The notes: generated by a model not told the origin, from the letters alone. A DNA stretch of 63,798 nucleotides, filler included, from Octopus bimaculoides (GCF_001194135.2; 5 parts of 5 records of this genome joined end to end with filler, not necessarily neighbours in it); one strand, 5' to 3'. Counted from the whole stretch's first letter, positions 38,370 through 51,425 are shown. Numbers and translations: made by a program.

Positions 38370-38780
38370 TTTTTTGTCATGGGAGTAAGGAGAGTTTTCT
38401 CTCTGGAACCTATTCATGTTTTCTTTCATGTTCTTTCAATAAATCATTGACGCAAGCGGATTGTGAGTGTCTGTTGAAACTCTATCAGATCCTCGGTGCT
38501 TTCCATTCAATCATTTGTGTACTGGAGGAACCCAGATAACATCTCCTTGATATATCTTCGCGCAATATATTATTTTTGAGGCGTGTTTTCACCATTCTCA
38601 TACTTTTTGAGCCTTTAGTTTGTTCTTACGCCTTTCTAAAGTACTTCGACTCCTCCTGCTGTTGGTGATGTATGAATTTCTACTTCGCGATAAAGTTGTT
38701 TGAAGTTGGAGTTTTGTACTTGTTTTTGGTAATCGGATTCCTTGGTGTTGTGCAGATATCTATTCTTTCTGGTGTTGTTT
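38370..38780 (-). mobile_element. Degenerate R4/Dong-like fragment from upstream of the RT core
   Basis: WKAP relic of the NWKAPGxD motif; purine-rich coding-like minus strand. Confidence 0.4.
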
Positions 38781-38969
38781 GATTTCGGGTACTTGTTACA
38801 ATAATACATTTATCTCTGTTTCTGTATGTAAATACGTAAATATGTATTTACATATTTTGTTGTGTCTGGTGAGTCATTCTCTTTTAGTGCCTTATTATTT
38901 AACAAACTCACCGGTAAAGTTTCCACCCATTTACTTATTTTTCCTAAAATTTTCGTTACGTCTTTTTTT

Positions 38970-39305
<336 letters not shown>

Positions 39306-39530
39306 TGTCTTTGCACAGCTTCTATCGGTGGAGATTACTACGATGCCAGTTGTTCACTATCAGTGAACTAAGGTAACACACCTTATTTTTCGACCACCAT
39401 CCGGAGTATTCAAGCGGTTCCAAGTAGTGCTGTTTCCTCCAAGTGCTCCACCTTTATTGCAGCCCATATTTGTTCCATGTACTTCTCAAGATTTTCACTA
39501 ACTGTTCCAATGTGACTCTTTCTGGGGTTT
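39306..39530 (-). mobile_element. R4/Dong-like 3' end
   Basis: GTVSENLEKYMEQI...EETALLGTA*ILR, short UTR, then a (GAT)(AAT)n tail. Confidence 0.75.
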
Positions 39531-39650
39531 GTTCATACAACGTCTTTGCTTTTTATAAGCCGTGATTTCCACAGAGTTCCCAATGGGTCACTTTTACCAC
39601 ATTGCGATGGCATCGTTTGCATGTTATTATCATTATTACCATTTATTATT

Positions 39651-39866
39651 TGGCGGCGAGTTGGCAGAATCGTGAGCACGCCAGGCGAAATTCTTAGCAG
39701 TATTTCATCTGCCGCTACGTTCTGAGTTCGAATTCCGCTGAGGTCGACTTTGCCTTTCATCCATTCGGGTTCGATAAATGAAGTATCAGTGAAACACTGG
39801 AATTAATGTAATCGACTTAATCCCTTCCCCAAAAATTTTAGGACTCGTGCCTATAGTAGAAAGGAT
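39651..39866 (+). mobile_element. tRNA-derived SINE family 1
   Basis: ggcggcgagttggcagaatcg...gagttcgaattccgctgaggtcgactttgcc. Confidence 0.9.
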
Positions 39867-39914
39867 TATTATTATTATTATTGTCATTATTATTATTATT
39901 ATTATTATTATTCA

Positions 39915-40055
39915 TTTATTGCCCACAGGGGGCTAAACACAAAGGGGACAAACAAGGACGGACAAAGGGTTTAAGTCGATTACATCGACTCCAGTGCGTA
40001 ACTGGTACTTATTTAATCGACCCCGAAATGATGAACGGCAGATTCGACCTCGGCT
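39915..40055 (-). mobile_element. 3' half of SINE family 1 with long tail
   Basis: tttattgcccacagggggctaaacacaaaggggacaaacaagg...cgactccagtgcgtaactggtact. Confidence 0.85.
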
Positions 40056-40059
40056 TTCA

Positions 40060-40375
40060 CCGCACAACCGAGCGCAGCTCTGTGTGCTTTGGGTATGTGC
40101 CTGTCTTTTGTTGTGATTCTCTCATTCTTATTGTATAGAAAGTGTTTTACGTAGGATGTTTGCGGTGCCTAGTAGTGCTATTTTCTGTATGTTATAGATG
40201 CTTATTGGTCCTGGTGTTTTTGCTATGTATTTATTTGAACACATTTTATCATAACCTAATGCGCCTATTATGATAGAAACCGTTTCTGGTTTTAGACTCC
40301 TCATTTGAGTTACCTCTATTTCCAGATCTTTGTATTTTGAAAGTTTCTCCATTTCTTTTAGAGAAACGTTCTCAT
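40060..40375 (-). mobile_element. R4/Dong-like 3' end
   Basis: EKLSKYKDLEIEV...VSIIIGALG...IQKIALLGTANILRKTLS*. Confidence 0.85.
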
Positions 40376-41949
40376 GTGTTGGTATTGATACATCGATTAG
40401 AAAGCATTATTGTTATTGGTGTTATTATTATTGTTATTATTGTTATTATTATCATCATCATCATCATTATCATTATTATTATTATTAATATTATTATTAT
40501 TATTATTATTATTGTTGTTGTTGTTGCTATTGTTATTATCATTGTTGTTGAAACTGATCTAAATGCATCAGACATGGCTACTTCAAAATCAAATAGAATA
40601 TTCATTAAAACTGATAAAATTTTAAAACAGGAAACGAAATAAAAATGTCGAGTATCGGACAGAATAACACGAATCCAAAACCGGAAATCATTCATCAATA
40701 TCAATGGAACAGTGATGACGAAGGTAACAGAAATGACAAAATATTTGAGCCGTTGTGATAGTAATGCATTATTTCTGTATTATCACATTTTGATAAGTTG
40801 TATAATACTAGTATTTGAAGTTATCACCTATATAGCCACCAACTCTAAAAATAACTGATTGAAAGTCAAATCAAAGCCAGACAAATTTTGTCGCAAACAA
40901 AGGATTTTAATCACGACAAATGACAATTTTATCTAAACTTTTAAGAGCGGAACGCAACCTTTGAAAACTTACTCAAAATACAGCGCACAAAATACTACCG
41001 CATGGCGAGAAACAAATTATCAGATCAATAATAATAGTTTCTGATTAGAGTACAAAGACAACACTTTAAAAGAAAAGGTGGAAAATGGTGTTAATGGATG
41101 CCATTGATTCTACTACTGGACTGGTACTTTATTTTATTAAACCCGAAAAAGGAAAAGACGATATTCATATCGGTAGGATAGGAAATCAGAAAGTAAAATC
41201 CGAAACAAAACCCTCATAAACTTTGATCCAACCCTCTAAAGATTTTGCTAGCTCGTCACTTTAGCAGTTAAATATAATCAAAATTTATAACAATATAAGC
41301 AAAGGGCAAAACTTTCACATTATTTATTGCAAATACAACGGCGAAGGTATAAATGGAGAATAGGCGAAAATGTTTTTATTTTACATGTATTTATTTCTAA
41401 TTTAAAATAATCAGAATAAATGCTGTCTGGCGAGAAATGATCTTAATCCGAAAGTAGTTTTGTGTCCCAACAATATTAAGAATATATATTGTCAAAAGCA
41501 AAAGATCAGAAATAGATCGCTTAAAAGACTAAATAAGTGAGGATGATGAAATTAATAATCAAATAAATTAAGAAATATAAATAAAAAACAAGCAAAAAAT
41601 GCAAATGATGAGAAGACACAAAATAAGTGTAGTACGCATTCGGAACCGTAAATCAAAAAGATGTACACACAGAAGTACAATAATTATAATAAATGAGAAA
41701 TATATATAAATAAAGCCCCACATTTGTATAGAACGCTAAGCAGAAATAGCTGAAGCAGACCCGGTGCAGAACATAAGGGAACATCAGTATCAATCACAAA
41801 ATAACCTATGAAACAACCTCAATCTTCTGGAACGAAAGTAGGAATTTCCTCAAAACTGTTTAGACAGAAACAGCAAAACCTAATTCAACGTACAAAGCCA
41901 ACCTGCAGAGAAAGACAGACTATATAAATACTACTACTACTACTACAAA

Positions 41950-41980
<31 letters not shown>

Positions 41981-41987
41981 AATAATA

Positions 41988-42204
41988 GCTTCAAATTTTG
42001 CCACAAAGGCAGCAAATTTTTTGGTGGGTGGCGACTAGTCGATTGCATCGACCCCAGTGTCCAACTGGTACTTATTTTAGCGACCCTGAAATGATGAAAG
42101 GCAAAGCCCACCTCCGTAGAATTTGAACTAAGAACGTAGCGGCAGATGAAATACCGCTAAGCATTTTGCCCGGCGTGCTAACGATTCTGCCAACTCACCG
42201 CCTT
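41988..42204 (-). mobile_element. tRNA-derived SINE family 1
   Basis: Reverse complement of the full family 1 consensus, flanked by AAT/ATT runs. Confidence 0.9.
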
Positions 42205-42222
42205 ATTATTATTATTATTATT

Positions 42223-42377
42223 ATTTTATGTTTGACTTTTGTTTTGCATTTGTACAAGTTGGATCCAAGTCTCACCCAGAGACCTCAAGAGACAACAAGT
42301 TAGAAGTTCATGTAGGTGTTATGCCTAGGGTACCATATATTTGGATTTGTACAGTTTTGTTCAAGTGAATGTTTAAG
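42223..42377 (-). mobile_element. Probable R4/Dong-like 3' UTR with (AAT)n tail
   Basis: tgaggtctctgggtgagacttg resembles tgaggtcctcgttgtgacttg in the 3' UTR at about 2410-2430. Ends in (AAT)n and is cut by a gap. Confidence 0.5.
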
Positions 42378-42639
42378 NNNNNNNNNNNNNNNNNNNNNNN
42401 NNNNNNNNNNNNNNNNNNNNNTTAATTAATTAANNNNNNNNNNNNNNNNNNNNNNNNNNNNNNNNNNNNNNNNNNNNGCTGCAATTGATTTTGTTTCAGC
42501 ACACAATCTCAGATCAGGTCACTTGCTATGCAAGTACATCTCCATGATTTATTATTAGTGTTGCTTAATATGTTTTGCTAAAATTGCTGTTTCTTTTCAG
42601 ATATCATCAATTAAAGTTAATTAAAATTCATTAAAATAA

Positions 42640-42900
42640 CAGATTTATCGAACTTTCAAAGAGGTCAAATTGTTGGTGCTCGTATGGCAGGCGCTAGCAC
42701 AAACATATTTATCGAATTTTCAAAGAGGTCAAATTGTTGGTGCTCGTATGGCAGGCGCTAGCGCAATGAAAACAGCCGAAATGTTTGGTGTATCAAGAAG
42801 TACTGTCTCGAAAGGAATGACAGCCTTTGTGAAAGAGGGAAAAACCTCCTCGTCAAAACAAAACTCCAGAAGTAAACCAAAACTTTCAGATTTAAAAGCA
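42640..42900 (+). mobile_element. Tc1-like transposase N-terminal (paired HTH) fragment with a 64-bp tandem duplication
   Basis: LSNFQRGQIVGARMAGAS...TAEMFGVSRSTVSK.MTAF.KEGKTSS.KQNS..KPKLS. Confidence 0.8.
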
Positions 42901-42904
42901 ATAC

Positions 42905-43955
42905 TTATCTCAACGAAGTATCATTGAGATAAGTATTGCTTTTATCTTCAATAATATTGTTAAACGATTTTCTATCATTGATTGGGAAAATATGTATTTC
43001 TATATTAATTCAATTGATATTTAATGATAGCTGATACCTTATTTAACACTAAGTTTATAGTATAAAGTTTATCATTTTAATTTAAACCAAAATTTCGATT
43101 AGATTGGTGTTACATTTATTTCCAATAATATTGTTTAATATTTCTTTTTGATTTATGGGATAAATAAGTAGTTTTTTTTATATAATTTCTTTGATTATTA
43201 GTTAATATTCTAATTAAGGTTAAGTTAATAGTACAACATTTAAAATTTTATTTAAACTAGATTCGATAAGATAAATTTTGTATTTCTTTTCAATAATTTT
43301 GTTAAATGCTTTTTCTTTTATTTAATGGTGATATAATTATTTTTATATAAATTGATTTATATAAATTAATTTTTTGTTAGTTTATATTAAAATTAAAGTT
43401 ATTTATATTACGTTTATAATTTTAGTTTAAGCTAAAACTTCGTTTAAATTATATTTTAAACGAAAGATTCGTTAAGATAAGATTTGCATTTAATATTTCT
43501 GTTAGTTTATATTCTAATAAACGTAAAGTTAATAATATCATGTTTATAATTTTCGATAAGATTAGTATTAAATTTCTTTTTAATAATATTGTTTAACATT
43601 TTTCTATCTTAATATAATAAGTATTTTTATATACATTCATTTGTTATTTATTGTTGGTTGATATATACATTCCTTTTATTATTATTGTTGTTGTATTTTG
43701 ACCTGTAGATTAGCTATATTTTTGAATAGAATTTATTTTCGATCGATTTAATCAATTTGAATATATTTTATTTTCTATTTGAAAACTTGGTTATGAAACA
43801 CGTGTAGTCGTTTTATAATTATTATTTTATGATTTTTACTTTGTATCTTATTATACTTATTTATCGTGTATTTACTTATTAATTTTTTCTATATGTGACT
43901 GTGGATTTTCATGGATGAGTTCATGAACTTTGGTTCTTTTCTCTAAATTATATAT
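42905..43955 (+). mobile_element. AT-rich repeat (probable PLE tail) with degenerate tandem subunits and hammerhead copy 2
   Basis: The 3' about 410 bp is homologous to 4050-4480. The motif (c/t)aataat(a/t)ttgtt recurs at 42949, 43123, 43291 and 43581. Confidence 0.6.
43700..43809 (+). ncRNA. Type I hammerhead ribozyme motif with long stem II (copy 2)
   Basis: gac-CTGTAGA-[43710-43731 pairs with 43773-43794 at 19 of 22 positions]-GAAA-cacgtg-TA-gtc. One core change, A6>U. Confidence 0.7.
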
Positions 43956-44271
43956 TTATATATTTTATACTGCGAAACTTAATTTAATTTTAATTTTTGA
44001 TAAATTACATTTAATTGAGTTTTTACCTGTAAATTTGGATTTTTATCCCTAATATATATAATATATTAGGATATATTACAATAACCAGTTCTTTTGGTCA
44101 AACTATCATATCTCCAACTGCTTCAGATGCCAAGATATCAGAAATTGTCAAAGTGTACTACAACGGTTTTGTTATGTTATGGAATTGTGAAGCTTTTTTT
44201 TCGTTTTGTGAAAAAGTAACGTTTTGGACTTATGACACTTTGCATAATAGCAACGATACATATTCTTTTAT

Positions 44272-44680
44272 TCTTTTATTTGTTTCAGTCATTTGACTGT
44301 GACTGTAGCAATGCTGGAGCACAGACTTGAAGGATTTTAGTTGAACAACTCAACCCTAGGACTTTTTTAAAGTCTAGTACTTATACTATTAGTCTCTATT
44401 GCCAACCCACTAAGTTCAGAGATGTAAACACACCAACGCCAGTTGTCAAATGGTGATGAAGGTGGGGGACAAACACAGACACAAAAACACATACATAGAT
44501 AAATATATAAATATATATATTTATATATATACGACGGGCTTCTTTCAGTTTCAATCTACCAAATCCATGCACATAGCTTTGGTTGGCCCAAGGCTATAGT
44601 GGAAGACTTGCCCAAGGTTCCACACAGTGGAACTGAACCCAGAAGGTTGTGATTGGGAAGCAAGCTTCTAGCCACAAAGT
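44272..44680 (-). mobile_element. SINE family 2 (head, AT microsatellite, body)
   Basis: Same layout as 24810-25250. Confidence 0.85.
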
Positions 44681-45309
44681 CACAAGGAAATAGGAAATTT
44701 TCCCCAAAATAAAATATATTACTGACATGTATTGAGTAATCTCTATTTTGTATAAAGCACAACATTCATTACACACACACACACACACACACACATGTAC
44801 ACACACACACACACACACACATGCACACACACGTTATAGCTATTATCACCATCATCAACATCATCATTGTACTGTTTACTTTCCCATGCTTCCTTGGGTT
44901 ACAAAAGTTTCATTAAGACAGCTTTTCTACAGTCAGATGCTCTTCCTCTCATCAATCCTGTTTCCAAGCAATGAGAGTGATTTTTTTCCCCTTTACACCA
45001 CACATATTTTTCTTGAAAGACTGCAAACATATGTCACTATTTGTATAGCAACTATTTTGCAATTAGTGCGTGATATCAAGACAAGGAAACACACACATAT
45101 TCACATAACACACACACAGACACATCCACACACACTCCTGCACACAACACACACAAACATACGTATAAATACATATATGTGTATATATATGTTCTCTCTT
45201 TTCTCCATTATTATACGAAAAAATCAATCGTCATTAACAGTGACTTTAGTTTTTGTTTGTGCAGTAAAAAGCTTGCTTCCTAACTACATTGTTCCAGGTT
45301 CAGTCCCAG

Positions 45310-45670
45310 TGCTGTATTAACTCTTAAGCAAAATAAGCACATACTTAGGGCATTGAAAGAATAATGGGCACCACATAAATTGTAAATAGCTTATGGCACA
45401 TTATAAAATGTTTTAAACTTGCTAAAATAAACATTATTGAGTGTGCCTTTCCAAATGTAGACATTACCTTTCATATATTTTTAACATTAAGGGTCACAAA
45501 TTGCTCAGTTAAGCATTCATTGTCTCAGTTGAAGTATGTTAAAAATCTCATCAAAACAACTATGCAACAAGGTAAGCTGGATGCTTTATTTTTACTAAGC
45601 AGATGCAAAGATTAATTTTGAAGATATGTTCAAAGACTTTGCAATTAAAGAAAGTTGGAGAAAACTTTTC
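45310..45670 (+). mobile_element. hAT transposon relic including the C-terminal dimerisation domain
   Basis: KHSLSQLKYVKNLIKTTMQQGKLDALFLLS resembles ERSFSKLKLIKNYLRSTMxQERLNxLALLS. Confidence 0.6.
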
Positions 45671-45786
45671 AAATATAAATAAAGTGGAAGTATACAAAAT
45701 TAAACATTCTATTCCATCTTACTGTTAGTTTTGTTTCATTTTGAAAAATAAAAACTTATTTTATGGTTTATTATTGTTTATTAGGT

Positions 45787-46020
45787 ATGTGGCTTTGTGG
45801 TTAGGGTATCAGCATCATGATCGTTAGATTGTGGTTTCGATTCCAGGACCGGGCGACACGTTGTGTTCTTGAGCAAAACACTTCATTTCACATTGCTCCA
45901 GTCCACTCAGCTGGCAAAAATGAGTAACGCTGCGATGGACTGGTGTCCCGTCCAGCTGGGGAACACATACGCCATAGAAACCGGGAAACCGGGCCCATGT
46001 GCCTGGCTAGGCTTTAAAAA
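45787..46020 (+). mobile_element. tRNA-derived SINE family 3
   Basis: gtggctttgtggttagggtatc...gtttcgattccaggaccgggcgac...gttcttgagcaaaacacttc. Confidence 0.85.
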
Positions 46021-46129
46021 GGGCGCATTTATTTATTTTTTTATTATTGTTTATATTCTGGATTGCATATATGTGGGGGCACGAAAACTTTTTAAGTGCT
46101 TAGGGCCTCTATGGGTCTTAATCCAGCCC

Positions 46130-46715
46130 TGTTCAGCCCCACTGCATGTAACCTTGGGCATGTGTGTTCTTCTATAGCCTTGGACCAACCAAAGCTTTGT
46201 GAATGGATTTGGTAGACGGAATCTTGAAGAAGCCTGTGTGCTTGAGAAGACTCGTCAAGCCAAGTGAAATCATAGTTGTGGCCATTGCTGATATCATGTA
46301 AATAGCACATAAAAAGCACCCATTACACTCTTAGAGTGGTTGGCATTAAGAAGGGCATCCAACCATAGAAACCAAGCCAAATCAGATTGGAACCTGGTGC
46401 AGCTCTCCGGCTTACCAGTTCTAGTCAAACCGTCTAACCCATGCCAACATGGGAAGCAGACATTACATGATGATGTTGATGATGATTATGTATGTGTGTG
46501 TGTTTCTATATCCATGTTTGTCCCCCCTCACCACCTGACAGCCAGTGTTGGTGCAGTTATGTTCCTTTACCTTAACGGTTCAGCAAAAGAGACCAATAGA
46601 ATAAGTACTACACTTAAAAAATAAGCCCTGCAGTCAATTTGACTAAAAAATTCTCCAAGACAGTGCTCCAGCATGGCTGCAGTCAAATGACTAAAACAAG
46701 TAAAAGAGTAAAATA
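46130..46715 (+). mobile_element. SINE family 2 with a family 4 element (about 46245-46485, (GAT)n tail) nested at its internal microsatellite
   Basis: Head 46130-46240; insert homologous to the reverse of 47131-47390; body 46500-46710 ending gactaaaacaagtaaaagagtaaaa. Confidence 0.75.
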
Positions 46716-47092
46716 ATAAAAACAACCTTAAATAAAATAATTTGAAAATCTCAAGTTATGTCACGCTGAAGATTCCAAAACAGGATGAGATATTATACAC
46801 GGTTACTATGATAATAATAAAGAATACTAATATAAGAATTGTATGCAATGAGATGTTTGTTCTTCTTACTGAGAGGGAAAAATAATTTTCCTTTAGCAGA
46901 CAAAAGAAGGACATGCTTAGAAACAAGATTACTTCCTGCTGAGCAGCAACTCTCTTTCGTTCACTGTCTCTGCTACAGAATGTACAGCTTCCAGGAAGAC
47001 CACCATACCTATATATAATTCTCTTTTTCATCTATCCTTTTACTTGTTTCAGTCATTTGACTGCGGCCATGCTGGACAAACTCAGATAGAAA

Positions 47093-47130
<38 letters not shown>

Positions 47131-47133
<3 letters not shown>

Positions 47134-47390
47134 CATCATCACCGTTTAACGTCCATTTTCCATGCTAGCATGGGTTGAACGGTTTGACTGAAGTCCAGAA
47201 AGCCAGCGGCTGCACCAGGCTGCAATCTGATCTGGCAATGTTTCTACAGCTGGATGACCTTCCTAACACCAACCACTCCGAGAGTGTAGTGGGTGCTTTT
47301 TACGTGCCACCAGCATGGGAGCCACCCAGCGGGTACTGGCATTGGGCATAATCGGATGGTGCATTTTACATGCCACCAGCAGCACACATA
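47131..47390 (-). mobile_element. SINE-like family 4 with (GAT)n tail; partial copies at 44860-44990 and 49835-49992
   Basis: catcatcatcaccgtttaacgtccattttccatgctagcatgggttg...cagctggatgaccttcctaacaccaaccac. Confidence 0.75.
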
Positions 47391-47477
47391 TGAATGCATA
47401 CACACACACATACACACACACATAACGGTGGCACACATATGAATGCATACACACACACACACACATAGACACATTTT

Positions 47478-47615
47478 TGTTTACCAAATTCACTCACAAG
47501 GCTTTGGTCGGCCTGAGGTTATAGTGGAAGACACTTGTCCAAGGTGCCACACACTGGGACTGAACCCGGAACTATGTGATTGAGAAGCAAGCTTCTTACC
47601 AAACAGCTACGCTGG
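47478..47615 (-). mobile_element. SINE family 2 head
   Basis: ccaaattcactcacaaggctttggtcgg...actgaacccggaac...aagcttcttacc. Confidence 0.8.
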
Positions 47616-47759
47616 CACCTATGATATACCAGAAGACACTTATCTAATATGCCATGCAATGAAACTGGACCCAAAACCATATACTTGCAAAGCAAGATCC
47701 ATAACCATAGAGCCTGTCGTATATATATGTATATGTATATATATGTGTGTGTGTGTGTG

Positions 47760-47950
47760 TGTTTGTCCCCCCAAACATCACTTGACAACCAATGCTGGTG
47801 TGTTTACGTCCCCATAACTTAGTGGTTCGGCAAAAGAGACCAATAGAATAAGTACTAGGCTTACAAAGAATAAGTCCTGGGGTCGATTTGCTTGACTAAA
47901 GGCAGTGCTCCAGCTTGGCCGCAGTCAAATGACTGAAACAAGTAAAAGAG
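47760..47950 (+). mobile_element. SINE family 2 3' body
   Basis: tttgtccccc...gacaacc...cggcaaaagagaccaatagaataagtactaggc...gactgaaacaagtaaaagagtaaaaga. Confidence 0.85.
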
Positions 47951-47992
47951 TAAAAGATTAAAAGAGTATATACACACACACACATACATACA

Positions 47993-48024
<32 letters not shown>

Positions 48025-50083
48025 TACACACACACACATATGTGTGTGCCAGAGAATCTGGGAAACTGGCCCTGTGAGCCTATATGACTCAGGAAGGAAC
48101 TTTTTACCATTATCTGTAACCATCCCAAGGCTGCATCTGCATGCTTCCCCGACTTGACAGAAATATCAGTCAAATCTTCCTCAAATCTTAACCTACCTTC
48201 TTTAAAAAAGAAGGATACATTGGATGAATTAGCTCAAGTACTCCTGTTGTCTGCTGTGATAAACTAAATTTCATCATGAAACCTATTTACTGCTTACTAG
48301 AGTGAATAAGTGTGAAAGTGTCTTTGCCATGGATACATAAAAGCAGCAGTTATTATATATAAGTTGTTTTCTCTAGGGCTAATGGACAAGCACTCTCTTA
48401 ACTCGATCGATATGACTGAATTGTTTGAAATAAGATATTTGGATGTGTTTTAAGATCCTTCAATCTTTAAGGCTTAAAACCTTTGTTATTTAATTAAATA
48501 TTTCATGTTGAAGGAGGATTAATCTACAACTGAATATTGAAAATATTTCTGTACTTGAACTAAGTGTGAATAAGGATACAATAGACAAACGTAATCATTC
48601 TGTTACATTTAATATATTTGAAGACTAAATTACCAAGAACTTCAATTCTATAAATTCAGCTGTGTTCTTAGGCAGGAAAAAAAAAGAAAGAAAGCAAAAG
48701 AAAAAATATTAATCATGTCATTAAATTGAAGACTTTTAGATACCAAACTTTCTTCATTTCAATCTTTTAACATTACTAGATTTGGAGTTTTGGATATGAA
48801 CAATAACCTTTCTCTTCCTTCCTCCCTGCTCTCTCTCCCCTCTCTCTCATTTTTCTTTATCTTTTCTGTTTCTCATTCTCTTTCCACCCGCTCTTGAGAA
48901 ACTGTACAGTACTTGTATCAAAGAACCAAGTTGCTGCAATTATATTACAGATTTTATCTTATAGTCTTGCATTTTTTTCTTCTCAGTTTGACTCAGGAAA
49001 TCCCAGGAAATGCTGCATCTTCTCATGCTGGAATTTTTTGTTCTTATTTCTGATAAAAATCTTCAATTTTTTAATATTTTTTTTTTACTTTTCCTTACAG
49101 GAAAATCCATATATATTTTTGAACAATTGCCAGTGAATACTTACAACAAAATTCTTGTTTACATTTGTTTCATTTTCATATTGTTTACATGCATGTTGTT
49201 CTAGTTGTTGTTGCCACTGCTTCTATTGGTGCTGTTATTGCTATTATAGCTCCTGCTATTGTTGTTGTTTACACTTAGATACTAAGTGACTCCCCAATTT
49301 CATCTGCCTTATCAAGCATGGATTTATATCTTCTCTTCCAATTTGTTCCTTTTGTTGTTTTGTTCAGAAGTTTCTCTCTTCTCTTGTATAACTTCACAAA
49401 CCATTACACTACCATTGAGCTGTATCTTCTTCTCTCTAACTCTATTACTACAGCAACAGCTATCACTAGTACAAAATAAAGGAACTTCTACACCTCTGAA
49501 CTGAATGCTTCCATACACTTCCTCTTTGTAAAATCACATGAGATGCATCTACTTTTCTTCATACTATGCTGTTCCTCACTTTAACTCTTGTCTTTGAGCA
49601 CTAGTTCTGAATACTATCACCTATATCCTTTTCCCTTAGAACAACATTCACCTGGGGCAATCTTAGCAGATTTATAGTTCCCCAGACAAATCACCACATT
49701 GGGCTCTATAGTATCTACTTATTGTCAACAAAGCACAGCATACATAGATCAGAATTGTGCCCCTAGCCCGGTGATTCTCAACCACTTTTTGCCTATGATA
49801 GCTTAGATTCATATTTTACTCTGATGGACCCCCATCATCATCATCATCATCATCATTTAGCGATCATTTTCCCTACTAGCATGGGTAAAACAGTTTGACT
49901 GGAGCTGATAAACTGAAGAGCTGCATCAGATACCATAATCTGTTTTGGCTTGGTTTCTATAGCTAGATGCTCTGCTTAATGCCAAACACTCCATATATAT
50001 ATGTGTGTATGCATATGCAGATATGTGTGTGTATATATACATACATACATACATATATATATANNNNNNNNNNATATATATAT

Positions 50084-50230
50084 GTATGGTCCAAATCGGA
50101 TATGCAAACTATACAGGTGTCTTTTCAATACATTGTTTAGTTTAAAAAGCCATATCAGATGCCATGATGGATCTAAGGTGCAGGTGCAAAAGGAGGTCAG
50201 ACTCTGCATAAGGAGTGGACAACCACCTAT
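50084..50230 (+). mobile_element. Second, shorter and decayed 3' end of the C2H2-finger RTE-like LINE
   Basis: CKLYRCLFNTLFSLKSHIRCH, plus UTR gtcagactctgcataaggagtggacaaccacc homologous to 7938-7970. Confidence 0.65.
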
Positions 50231-50337
50231 ATGTGTGTGCGCGCGCGCGCATGTGCGTATTTGTGTGTGAGTGTGTGCGTGTGTGCGCATGCGCACATGC
50301 GTGTGTGCGCACGCGCACATGTGTGTGTGTGTACAAT

Positions 50338-50452
50338 AGGCTTCTTTGAGTTTCAGTGTACTAGATCCACTCACAAGGCTTTGGTTGGCCTGAGACTGAA
50401 CCCAGAACCATGTGGTTCGGAAGCAAACCTCTTACCACACACCCATGTCTGC
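50338..50452 (-). mobile_element. SINE family 2 head
   Basis: ggcttctttgagtttc...ccactcacaaggctttggttggcc...actgaacccagaaccatgtggttcggaagc. Confidence 0.75.
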
Positions 50453-50559
50453 ACCTATACACGTAAATATATATATATATATATATATAATAACACCACT
50501 GATGGCAGCTCCAGCAACACCAGCAGCAACAACATCTCCAGGCCTGGAGCCAACTAAAG

Positions 50560-51226
50560 TTGCACCAAAAATGTGAACACAACCAACACTCAAGCCTGGA
50601 AATTTATTGGGTCAGCCTTCAAGTGGCACCTGTACAACCACAGGTCCTCTTTCAGGATTCTAGAAAGGCGATTTGTCACATCCTTGGCCAGCTACGTGTG
50701 ATGCTTCAAAGATGAAAAGATCCCATATAATATCAAGTGGGAGATTATAAAGTGGCTAAGATCCTACAATAATGGGAGCAGACACTGCAAGCTTTGCATA
50801 GCTAAGTGAGCAAGGATCCCCAAATACTCCCTGAAACCAGGATTACTGAACTCTCACCAGGAAATTTACAGTCCCTGCATGCATTCCAAATGCTACATGC
50901 TGCAAGCATGGGATTCCCCATGCTTTGATTAGATCTAGAAAGGTCCTGATGAATAAAAAGCAGCCCAAGGGCAAAATTCCCTGTTCTCCCTCTTTTGGCC
51001 CAGATGAACTGGTCAAAAGGAGATAACCCGTGCTCACTGACCTGGATTGTTTATTCTTTGGTTACTTACTAACTAACTGACCATAAGGGACTCCTGCCTC
51101 CTGGAGTTGAAGAGTTATATTTGTCATCGGCATGAGAGTCTGATGAGCCATCCATGAAGCTAAGCCCTTTATGGATGCAAAACCATTGGTCACTCTATGA
51201 CTGGACATAGATTTAACTGCATATTA

Positions 51227-51230
<4 letters not shown>
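50560..51230 (+). mobile_element. PLE lineage A C-terminus (GIY-YIG end) plus 3' tail/pseudo-LTR
   Basis: FKWHLYNHRSSF...TSLASYV*CFKD...IKWEII...YNNGSRHCKLC...LLNSHQEIYSPCMHSK. The tail holds a hammerhead and ends at (TA)(TG)n. Confidence 0.8.
51131..51199 (+). ncRNA. Near-intact type I hammerhead ribozyme
   Basis: catgagagt-CTGATGA-gccatccatgaag/ctttatggatgc (12 bp, one bulge)-AAAA-cc att gg-TC-actctatg. Only G12>A departs from the consensus. Confidence 0.8.
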
Positions 51231-51283
<53 letters not shown>

Positions 51284-51383
51284 NNNNNNNNNNNNNNNNN
51301 NNNNNNNNNNNNNNNNNNNNNNNNNNNTTAATTAATTAANNNNNNNNNNNNNNNNNNNNNNNNNNNNNNNNNNNNNNNNNNNN

Positions 51384-51425
<42 letters not shown>

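Noticed and set aside
50946-50980. CTGATGA near a gccc/gggc hairpin
   Set aside because: Ten unpaired bases separate the core from the stem, and there is no GAAA or stem III.
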